A stretch of 64,000 nt of DNA, from contig MFRA01000006.1 of assembly GCA_001783215.1 (NCBI GenBank), forward strand, positions 57,968 through 121,967, written 5' to 3'. A program made the position numbers and the translations under genes. The notes under the pieces were generated by a model, which ran no database searches, was not told where the DNA came from, and saw only the letters and a list, made by a program, of their open reading frames with translations. The first letter of the stretch is position 1, and each line of letters begins with the position of its first letter. Below are positions 20,797-29,800 of the stretch, one piece after another. Origin of the DNA: Candidatus Magasanikbacteria bacterium RIFOXYD1_FULL_40_23 (lineage in GTDB: Bacteria > Patescibacteriota > Patescibacteriia > Magasanikbacterales > GWA2-37-8).

Positions 20797-21149
20797 GAAG
20801 GGAAGAAACTTCCCTCCTGAAACCGCACCCAAGAAGATGTGTTAAAGAAGAAAACGAGCCGAAGCCTGTTGTTCCCTCTAACACACCTCCATGCTTGTCG
20901 TGGATACGGGACGATGCATACTAGCTGACAAGTTCGATTTCTACCATGCACTACCCAAACCCTCTAAGCTATAGAAGTGTGGACGCCCCATTAATTATCG
21001 CTTTAGCGATGCTTTTTGGGGTTGTTATCCGATACTTACCTTACTTGGAATATCTGATTACTTTAGATAACTCCGAAGTATACCAGACTATTTATATTTT
21101 GTCAAGGGGGTAAGCGGGGATAAATGGGTAATTTTAGCTTAAATTAGTC

Positions 21150-21181
21150 AAAAAGCCACCCATATTAGGGGTGGCTTTTTG
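21150..21181. terminator. bidirectional intrinsic terminator downstream of clpP
   Basis: aaaaAGCCACCC-atatta-GGGGTGGCTttttt: a perfect GC stem flanked by an A-run and a T-run. Confidence 0.6.
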
Positions 21182-21199
21182 GCTTGTTCGCTGTGTAAA

Positions 21200-21802
21200 T
21201 TATTGTTTTTCTATCACCTTATCAATCAGGCCGTACTTTTGAGCTTCTTCGGCATTCATGAAGTTGTCTCGATCTGTATCCTTTTCTATCGTGGCCAAAT
21301 CCTTGCCAGTATGTCTGGACATAATCTTGTTTAGGTTGTCTTTCATTTTCAAGATTCGTTCGGCACGGATTTTGATGTCACTTGCTTGGCCTTCCATACC
21401 ACCCATTACTTGGTGGATCATAATTTCGGAATTAGGTAAGGCAAATCGCTTGCCTTTGGCGCCAGCAGATAGTAGAAAGGCGCCCATACTTGCAGCCATA
21501 CCAATACAAATGGTGCTTACGTCTGGCTTTATATATTGCATGGTGTCATAAATGGCCATGCCAGCAGTAACTGATCCACCCGGAGAGTTGATATATAATT
21601 TAATATCTTTGTCTGGGCTTTGGTTTTCCAAAAATAACAATTGAGCAATTATTACATTGGCGACGTTGTCGTCTACAGCTGTGCCGAGAAATATAATGCG
21701 GTCTTGGAGTAGGCGAGAGTATATATCGTATGCTCGTTCGCCATAGTTTGTTTTTTCTATTACGGTTGGAATGAGATATTGGGATTTAGCATCAGTATTC
21801 AT
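21200..21802 (-). CDS. clpP: ATP-dependent Clp protease proteolytic subunit
   Basis: Catalytic Ser in '[11 protein letters not shown]', His in 'MIHQVMGG'. 200 aa. Confidence 0.9.
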   Translation of the reverse strand: MNTDAKSQYLIPTVIEKTNYGERAYDIYSRLLQDRIIFLGTAVDDNVANVIIAQLLFLENQSPDKDIKLYINSPGGSVTAGMAIYDTMQYIKPDVSTICIGMAASMGAFLLSAGAKGKRFALPNSEIMIHQVMGGMEGQASDIKIRAERILKMKDNLNKIMSRHTGKDLATIEKDTDRDNFMNAEEAQKYGLIDKVIEKQ

Positions 21803-21955
21803 ATAGTGAAAAGTTAATTTATATAGGAAGTGAGTGAAATAGCCAGTGAGATATTTATAATCGCTTGCGAGTTATAAATATTGAATCTGGATATTTTCGA
21901 GCGAATGAGTATATATGGGTTAAAGCCCATATATTTATATTAGCTTAACCTATTT

Positions 21956-22909
21956 TTACCTTAGCGTCAAAATTGTGTTTAGCGTGCTTTCTATCGTACC
22001 CTCCACTGTAAAGCCGGCTGCTTTTTTGTGCCCACCGCCACCCATTTTTTTGGCCAGAGCGGCCACGTCCACATCTTCTTGAGTAGTGCGGAAACTCCCT
22101 TTTATTTTTCCGTCCTCTGTTTCTTTCATGAAAAGAGAAATTGTCGCGTCGTTTAATTTGTTTAAGAAATTAGAAATGCCTTCTACATCTGCGTCGTTGG
22201 CGCCGTGCTCTGCCAAATCTTTATTGGTTAGATAGGTATAAGCGATATCTGTGTCTGGTTTTTTATTTAATCTGCTTAGTACTATGCCCCAAAGTTTGAG
22301 TAAGTGAATAGATTTATTTTGCATTAGAGATCTATTGATAATAGTCCAGTTTCCGCCCAAGCGTAATAGTTCTCCGGCGGCAGTTAATGCTGTATAAGAA
22401 GTGGCGCCGTTGGTAAAATTTTCTGTGTCGGTAATTAATCCAGTAAGTAGCGCTGTAGCCATGGTTGGAGTAATGCGAATATTATTTACTTTAAAAAAAT
22501 TATAAACCACCTCGGTAGCCGAAGCCCACTTGTCCATCACTAGATTAAAATGTCCATACTTTTCGTTGGTAGCATGGTGGTCAATATTAATAATAGTAGC
22601 GCTGTGGTCTTTGAGAAGTTCGGCCACTCCGGCATAGCGCAGGTCTCCGCAATCTACCACTGTTATAGTATCCACATCCTTAAAGACATTTGGATCGGTA
22701 CTGACCATTTCTATATTATGTAGAAAATTAAATTTATCTGGTACTGGGCTTAAGCAGTACATCTTTACGCTTTTTCCCATACTGGTTAGGTATTCGGCAA
22801 AAGCCAAAGCAGACCCAAGAGTGTCTCCATCTGGGTTTTGGTGGGATACCAAAGCAAAGGCGTTCGCGCCCTGTATATGCTTATGAATTTGTTTGGCAGT
22901 TGTATGCAT
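21956..22909 (-). CDS. nrnA: DHH-family phosphoesterase (NrnA-like oligoribonuclease / pAp phosphatase)
   Basis: Motifs 'HQNPDGDTLGS', 'NIDHHATN' and a C-terminal 'GGGGHKKAAG' (DHHA1). Confidence 0.75.
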   Translation of the reverse strand: MHTTAKQIHKHIQGANAFALVSHQNPDGDTLGSALAFAEYLTSMGKSVKMYCLSPVPDKFNFLHNIEMVSTDPNVFKDVDTITVVDCGDLRYAGVAELLKDHSATIINIDHHATNEKYGHFNLVMDKWASATEVVYNFFKVNNIRITPTMATALLTGLITDTENFTNGATSYTALTAAGELLRLGGNWTIINRSLMQNKSIHLLKLWGIVLSRLNKKPDTDIAYTYLTNKDLAEHGANDADVEGISNFLNKLNDATISLFMKETEDGKIKGSFRTTQEDVDVAALAKKMGGGGHKKAAGFTVEGTIESTLNTILTLR

Positions 22910-23005
22910 AATTTGTTTAACAAGCGAGTATATAGGTATTTGAATGGGTTGTCAAGGTATGGTATATTAAAGCCCGTAAAGTCCCTAAAGTTCAGGAATT
23001 CGATT

Positions 23006-25672
23006 ATGCACTTAAAGCGTCTAGAAATAAAAGGCTTTAAATCCTTTGCCGAGAAAACGGTATTGGATTTTTTTCCGTATAAAAATGGACGTTATAGTAT
23101 TACTGCCATAGTGGGGCCAAACGGCTCAGGAAAATCCAATGTAGCCGACGCTATCCGTTGGGTAATGGGTGAGCAGAGCTTAAAGAATCTTCGTGGCAAG
23201 AAAAACGAAGATGTAATCTTTAATGGTTCAGAAGCCAAGGGTCAGCTGGGCGCTGCGGAAGTAAGTATGGTGCTAGACAACAGCACCGATATTTTGGATT
23301 CAGAAAGAAATAAAGTGATGCCAGATCACCCGGAAATTACAGTTTCACGCAGATTGTATCGTTCGGGAGAAGGTGAGTATTTAATAAATAATAATCAAGT
23401 ACGATTACTAGATATACATTTACTTTTGGCACAAGCGCAATTTGCTCAACATTCGTATAGTGTGGTGGGGCAGGGTATGATAGATAAATTACTTACTGTT
23501 AGTCCGGCCGAACGCAAAGATTTTCTAGACGAAGCATCTGGTATAAAAGAATTTCAACTAAAACAGCATCAAGCAGATTTAAAATTAACCAGAACAAGAG
23601 AAAATTTAACCCAAGCCGAAAGATTGGTAGAAGAAGTAGAACCCCGTTTAAAAATTTTGGCCAGACAGGTCAAAAAATTAGAACAGCGCCAAGAAGTAGA
23701 AATTAAGTTGCGAGAAAATCAAGAAAAGTATTATGCCTCTATTTATTTGGCCAATAAGTCAGAACTGGATCAAGTAAATTCAGTTTTGGTTGGCATAGAA
23801 ACCAATTATCGCCAGGCCTTTAAAGAATTAGAAGAAGCACAAAAAGAAATGGCTGCTTTGGCTCACGACGCAGAAAAAGATAGTGGAAAAAATAAAAACG
23901 CAGATAGTGCTGGGCAAGTAATCGCCGAACAAAGAAAGGCGTTGGAGCAACTTTCCAAAGATAAAACGAATGCGCAGCTCAAAATATTTACGCTTGAGAA
24001 ACAAATATTTCAAGATCAGTCAGAACAAAATTATCGCCAAATTAGCGGTCTGTTTGCCGCTCAAGCAGTTTTGGAAAACAAAGACAAATTTGGCAAGGTG
24101 CACGGGTTAGTGGCTCAGCTGGGTGAGGTAGAAGAAAAATTTCAGTTGGCGCTAGAGACTGCAGCCGGCTCATATTTGTCGGCATTAGTAGTAGAAAACG
24201 ACGATGTAGCTAAATCAGCCATAGAATTTTTGCGAACCAACCGACTTGGATTCGCTACTTTTTTACCTTTAAATAAAATTAATCCTAGAGCTGCAGAAAA
24301 TTTATCGAGTATTTTATCTGTGCCGGGTGTGCTAGGGCTTGCTACAGATTTAATTAAGCACCAAGACGAGTTTGCTAATATTTTTGCTTTTGTTTTTGGG
24401 CAAACAGTTGTGGTAGAAAATTTGGCAGTGGCCCAAAAAATAGGCATTGGTCGCGCACGCATGGTTACCCTAGCCGGAGATTTGGTAGAAAAAACCGGTG
24501 TAATGAAAGGCGGATATAAACAAATCAAAAAAGATAGCTTGAAATTTTCTAGCCATGTGGCTTGGAGCAAAGATAGACTTGCTGAATATCAAGAACAGAT
24601 AAATATCGAGAAACAAAAAATTATAGAATTAGAAGGAAGGTATGAACAAGAGAAACAAAAATTATTGGAATTAGAATCCAAGCGGGATGAGGCAAATTCC
24701 AAAACAAAACTTTTGCAAGCTTTTTCGTTGCAAGAAGCCATGCAAAAAAAGCAGAATTTGGTAAATGAAATTTTGGCCAAGAGGAATGATTTAAAGATAG
24801 AAGCTGCTAGACTAGAAACAAAACGAAGCTCGCTTTCCGAAGAGGTTGGAGCAGAGTTAAATTCTACGCTTGAACTGATTGTGGAGCGCAAACCAGAAAT
24901 AGTGAGTATGGATAAGGTGGTAGAGGTAATGAGTGAAATCCAAAAATTAAAATACCAACTCAGTTTAATCGGTGGCATAGACACAGAGGTGGTGGAGGAG
25001 TATCAGCAGACCAAAGAAAGATTTGATTTCTTGTCCGACCAGATTGGTGATTTATCTACCGCTTTGGCTGATTTAGAAAAAATGATTTTGGAATTGGATG
25101 AAATAATGAAGAAAAAACGTGCCGCTTCATTTAAAAAAATACGCAAAGAGTTTGATCGTTATGTAAAGATATTGTTTGGTGGTGGTGATGGAGATATCTT
25201 TGAAATTTATGGAGAAGAAAAAGAAGAGGATGCAGAATTATTAGAGGGCCAGGTAGAGGGGGAGTTGGTGGAAGAAAAACCAAAACGCAAAGAAAAGATT
25301 CTAACTGGTATAGATATTTCTATAAATCCGCCTGGCAAGAAAATTAAAAATATTAGCACTCTGTCTGGTGGAGAAAGAACCCTTGTTTCTATTGCCCTTA
25401 TATGTGCGATTCTAAGTTATAATCCGGCACCGTTTGTAGTGTTAGATGAAGTAGAAGCAGCGCTCGACGAAGCCAACACTCGCAGATTTGCCGAAATTGT
25501 AGCCGAGCTTTCTTCTCGCTCTCAGTTTATAATTATCACCCATAATAGGGTAACCATGCATGCTGCCGACGCCCTATATGGTGTAGTTATGAATAATGAT
25601 GGTATTTCCAAGTTACTTAGCGTTAAGCTGGAAGAAGTGCCAAACTTTGAACCCGCTCCTGTTGACAAATAA
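23006..25672 (+). CDS. smc: chromosome segregation protein SMC (short form, ~888 aa)
   Basis: Walker A 'GPNGSGKSN', a long coiled coil, the ABC signature 'LSGGERTLVSIAL' and Walker B 'FVVLDEVEAALD'. The start is set at 'MHLKRLEIKGFKSF' (23006); the ORF-track extension back to 22838 overlaps the convergent nrnA and looks spurious. Confidence 0.82.
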   Translation: MHLKRLEIKGFKSFAEKTVLDFFPYKNGRYSITAIVGPNGSGKSNVADAIRWVMGEQSLKNLRGKKNEDVIFNGSEAKGQLGAAEVSMVLDNSTDILDSERNKVMPDHPEITVSRRLYRSGEGEYLINNNQVRLLDIHLLLAQAQFAQHSYSVVGQGMIDKLLTVSPAERKDFLDEASGIKEFQLKQHQADLKLTRTRENLTQAERLVEEVEPRLKILARQVKKLEQRQEVEIKLRENQEKYYASIYLANKSELDQVNSVLVGIETNYRQAFKELEEAQKEMAALAHDAEKDSGKNKNADSAGQVIAEQRKALEQLSKDKTNAQLKIFTLEKQIFQDQSEQNYRQISGLFAAQAVLENKDKFGKVHGLVAQLGEVEEKFQLALETAAGSYLSALVVENDDVAKSAIEFLRTNRLGFATFLPLNKINPRAAENLSSILSVPGVLGLATDLIKHQDEFANIFAFVFGQTVVVENLAVAQKIGIGRARMVTLAGDLVEKTGVMKGGYKQIKKDSLKFSSHVAWSKDRLAEYQEQINIEKQKIIELEGRYEQEKQKLLELESKRDEANSKTKLLQAFSLQEAMQKKQNLVNEILAKRNDLKIEAARLETKRSSLSEEVGAELNSTLELIVERKPEIVSMDKVVEVMSEIQKLKYQLSLIGGIDTEVVEEYQQTKERFDFLSDQIGDLSTALADLEKMILELDEIMKKKRAASFKKIRKEFDRYVKILFGGGDGDIFEIYGEEKEEDAELLEGQVEGELVEEKPKRKEKILTGIDISINPPGKKIKNISTLSGGERTLVSIALICAILSYNPAPFVVLDEVEAALDEANTRRFAEIVAELSSRSQFIIITHNRVTMHAADALYGVVMNNDGISKLLSVKLEEVPNFEPAPVDK

Positions 25673-25781
25673 GCAAAGTTGGTATATATTATTGGGGCTC
25701 TTAATTAGTTCTGTCACGAAACAGAATTAACTAAAAATCGTCACTTTTTTAATCAAAAATCTAAATTTGAATATTTATTGT

Positions 25782-26171
25782 ATGCTTACTATTCGTTTGC
25801 AAAGAATGGGAAAAAAGAATGCTCCGACTTATCGCTTGGTTATTGCCGAAAAAGGTAGAGATACTCAAGGCAGAAACCTAGAGATTTTGGGAACATTTAA
25901 TCCTCGCGCCAAAGAAAATGGTTTTGTGCCAAATGTAGACAGAATTAAGTTCTGGCTAGAAAGAGGCGCTCAACCTTCTCCTACACTTCACAACTTGTTT
26001 GTAGGTTCCGGTCTTATTACCGACAAAAAGAAAGCAAAGTCCGTTTATATTTCTGATAAACGAGCTAAGAAAATAGAAGAAAAGAAAAAGTCAGAAAAAC
26101 CAGCTGCTGCCGCTCCAGCACCAGTTGCTGAAGTCGCACCTGCTCCTGTCGAAGAGGCACCTGCTGCATAA
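25782..26171 (+). CDS. rpsP: 30S ribosomal protein S16 with an Ala/Pro-rich C-terminal extension
   Basis: 'MLTIRLQRMGKKNAPTYRLVIAEKGRDTQGR' bS16 N-terminus. C-terminal tail 'KPAAAAPAPVAEVAPAPVEEAPAA'. Confidence 0.85.
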   Translation: MLTIRLQRMGKKNAPTYRLVIAEKGRDTQGRNLEILGTFNPRAKENGFVPNVDRIKFWLERGAQPSPTLHNLFVGSGLITDKKKAKSVYISDKRAKKIEEKKKSEKPAAAAPAPVAEVAPAPVEEAPAA

Positions 26172-26290
26172 GAAAAAGTTTGACCGGTTTTTGTAGATTT
26201 GATATTATTAGAACAAGCAGAACTGGCGATCGCTTAAAGCGATCATGGTCGACAGGCTGCACTCAATAAAAATTGAAGTAAAGAATTTAT

Positions 26291-26626
26291 ATGGAAGCAG
26301 ATCAACAGTTTGTAGAGACACTCGTACGATCGATTGTCAACAACCCTGAAGATGTAAAGACAGTGCGCACCATAGATGAAAGAGGAGTTTTGATTACTTT
26401 GGATGTCAATCCAGCCGATATGGGCTATGTGATTGGTCGCCAGGGTCAAACTGCTCGTTCTATCCGCACCTTGCTCAAAATCGTTGGCGCAAAGCACAAT
26501 GCTCGCGTTAACCTAAAGATTAATGAGCCAGCTGGTGGAAGAGCTCCTCGTGTTAATCAAATGGATCACCAGCCAATGGACAACCAGATGATTGATACTA
26601 GTACTGTAGACAGCTTGAACATCTAG
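26291..26626 (+). CDS. KH-domain RNA-binding protein (YlqC/UPF0109-like)
   Basis: KH 'GYVIGRQGQTARSIRTLLKIVG' (GxxG loop). Conserved position after rpsP. Confidence 0.72.
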   Translation: MEADQQFVETLVRSIVNNPEDVKTVRTIDERGVLITLDVNPADMGYVIGRQGQTARSIRTLLKIVGAKHNARVNLKINEPAGGRAPRVNQMDHQPMDNQMIDTSTVDSLNI

Positions 26627-26722
26627 TTACAGCGCCGCGCTGCAATGGACGCGAGGTCGGGCTTCAATGGACACTACCCGACATGATTATGTTGAATCAA
26701 TTTCGCTAAATCAAAAAAATTA

Positions 26723-26758
26723 AAAACCACTCCGAGTAATCGGGGTGGTTTTGTTTTT
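26723..26758 (+). terminator. intrinsic terminator after the KH-protein gene
   Basis: aaaaCCACTCCGagtaatCGGGGTGGttttgttttt. Confidence 0.5.
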
Positions 26759-26832
26759 GAAGCTTTTGAGTACTTTGGCTTAAAACTTAATATTATCTAT
26801 GGTATAATATTAAAGGAGAAAATCGATTAGTT

Positions 26833-29800
26833 ATGGTCAAAATTATTAGAAATAGTCGGTCTGTTTTTTCGAAAATACTTTTTTTGGTATTATTTTTTGT
26901 TGTTACAAGTTTTTTCTCAAAGTATTTTTTCTTTAAACCATTACCAGCAAAAGGTTCTTGGCTGGCAACTACAACCTGGATTGGCACTGCGTCCACTGGC
27001 AATTGGCACGATCCTACAAAATGGGATAATGGCGTGCCTACCAGTACGATGCTTGCTATTATTGCTAGTAGCTCAGCTATCACTATTACTGCTACCACCA
27101 CGATTGAGTTTGATACCCTGCGTATTGGTGGTGGTGGGGGTACAGCCTCTTCAACACTTATTCTTGCTACCAATATTGGCGCAGGTGTAGATATAGATAT
27201 TAAAACGATGGGTAAAATTACTCAGAGTAGTACCGCGCAACAAACAATTTCTGGAACATTACTGATCGAAGATGGAGGTCGGCTTACACATTCTGGTAAT
27301 ACCACCGTACAAGCTCGCAGTGTAAATTTTAGGGCAAATACAATAACTGTAAATTCTGGTGGTGTAATTTTTGCTAGCAGTTTAGGATATGCGGGTAGTG
27401 CTGGGGGATCTGGTGAGCCTGGGCAAGGTCCTGGAGCCGGGCAATCTTCTGGTGTTATGGCAGAAGGTGGTGGCGGTGGCCATGGAGGTAGTGGTGCAGA
27501 TGATGGTACAAGTTCGGGTGGTCAAGGATATTGTGATATAACTAACTTAAACACGATAGGTTCCGGAGGCGGTGGTAATAGCTCGTGGGTGGGTACTGCG
27601 GGCGGTGGTCTGATTATTTTATCGGCGACAGGAACGATTACTATAAATGGCTCTATATTGGCTGATGGTGGTACAGGTGGTTCTTTTTCTGCGGGTGGTG
27701 GTGCGGGCGGAGGTATAAAAATAACTGCTGATGTTATAGCTGGTACTCCAAGTAAATTTTCTGCCGATGGTGGAGACACCAGCGGTGTTGGTGGAGGGGG
27801 AGGGTGTGTTTTTTTGGGTTATACAACATCCAATACTATTATTCCCACTTCGTCATATTTTTCAGTCAATGGAGGAGATGGGGATGGTGCTAGTGCTAGT
27901 CTTAACGGATCTGGAGGTATGGTCCTTGTTAAGCAAGATAGTGCTAATGGTAATTTGTATGTTTTAAATGATGTTCTTGTTCCGTCTGTTACCCAGCCCT
28001 CATCTACTGTACCAGCAATAACTGCAGATTTTATTTATGTTAGTAGTACAGTATTTCAAATTACTTCTACAAAAACATTTACCTTGGTAAATAGTGATCC
28101 TTTTTCCGGAAATGGTAGAGGTGAAATTAGAATATATGGAAGTATGGTGAAATCAGCCGGTGTTTTTGATAATGTAAATGATGTTGTTCTTACAATACAA
28201 TCTGGTGGAAGTGTTGCAGTGTCCTCTACGTTTACAGCCAGCTCATCTCTTAGTTTGTATAGAGGTTTTGTTGGTATTACAACTAACACGTTTACTAATC
28301 TTGTTATACAGTCAGGAACAACAACTGTGCACAATTACAGTACTTCCAGTGTGCCACTGACCGTTTCTAACTTAACAGTAAATGGAGGTATTTTTACTCA
28401 CGGAGTTAATTCGTCAACTCAAGATAATATTTTAAATGTTGCTGCTACTAGTAATATTACAGTAAATGCAGGCGGAACTATTTCTGCTAGCGGTACCGGT
28501 TATATTGGAGGTGTTGTGGGTAATGGGCTTGGTCAGGGTCCGGGTGGTGCTTCAAGTTCTCAGAGTAATACGGGCGCCGGAGGTGCTCATGGTGGAAACG
28601 GTGGAAATAATAGCGCAAGTATGGCTGGGCAGGGTTATTGTGATATATCCGATGTAACTACGATTGGTTCCGGAGGAGCCGGTTCTGTATCGGCAAGAGG
28701 TGGTGCGGGCGGCGGTCTTATTATTTTGTCCGCAACTGGTACAATTACCTTAGACGGTGTTATATCCGCCAATGGCGGAGCTGCCAACGATAGTTCGTCT
28801 GGCGGCGGCGGAGGTGGGGGGATTAAAATAACTGCTGATATTATAGCTGGCACTCCAAGTAAATTTTTTGCTGCAGGCGGGAGTCGTTCAAGCGGCAATA
28901 TTGGTGGCGGCGGTGGTGGGTGTGTAAATATATTTTACACCACTTCTAACACTATTTCTCCGACATCGTCTTACTTTTCAATTAGTGGAGGTGTTGGGAG
29001 AGGAACCGGTGTAGATGGTAGTGGAGGTATGGCGTTAATAAAACAAGTCGGTGTTGGTAATGGTGGTTTGTATGTTTTAAATGGTGCTATGGCTGCTTCT
29101 GCCATTACCCAACCCTCATCCACTGTACCAGCTATAACTGCAGATTTTATTTATGTTAGCAGTACAGTATTCCAAATCACTTCTACAAAAACATTTACTT
29201 TGGTAAACAATGATCCTTTTTCCGGAAATGGTAGAGGTGAAATTAGAGTGTATGGAAGCATGGTGAAATCATCAGGTGCTTTTGAAGAGATTAACGATAT
29301 TATTTTTACAATACGATCTGGAGGAAGTATATCTGTCTCTTCTACATTTACAGCTAGTTCATCATTGAATTTATATCGAGGATTTATTGGTACTGCATCC
29401 AATACATTTACCAATTTTATTATTCAATCGGGCACAACCACACTTTATGATTATAATACAAACACAGTGCCGTTGTTTGTAACAAATTTAACAATGAATA
29501 GTAGCAGTGTTTTTACTAATGCTACTAATACGACAGCGCAATCACATATTCTTTATGTGGCTGCGAGCAGTTCAATAACTATCAATGTTGGTGCTCGTGC
29601 TGTATCTAATGGACTAGGTTATGCTGGCGGCGCTGTAAATACGGTGGGTAGTGGTCCGGGTTTTGGATCGGCCACATCTAGCAAAGGCGGCGGCGGCGGA
29701 GCTCATGGTGGTAATGGTGGTGATGGTGCTTCTAGCGGCGGGCTTGGTGGTACAGCTTATTGTAATAGTACAAACCCTACCACAATTGGTTCTGGTGGTG

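Noticed and set aside
20736-21199. tmRNA or RNase P RNA in the long VanW-clpP spacer
   Set aside because: No tRNA-like 3' end (GGTTCGAATCC...CCA), no tag-peptide ORF ending ALAA-stop, and no RNase P conserved blocks (GGAAAGTCCGGGC / AGGGCAGG) on either strand.
22838-23005. 5' extension of the smc ORF (MVGYQSKGVRALYMLMN...)
   Set aside because: It overlaps the convergent nrnA gene on the opposite strand and lacks SMC homology. The conserved SMC N-terminus starts at MHLKRLEIKGF (23006).
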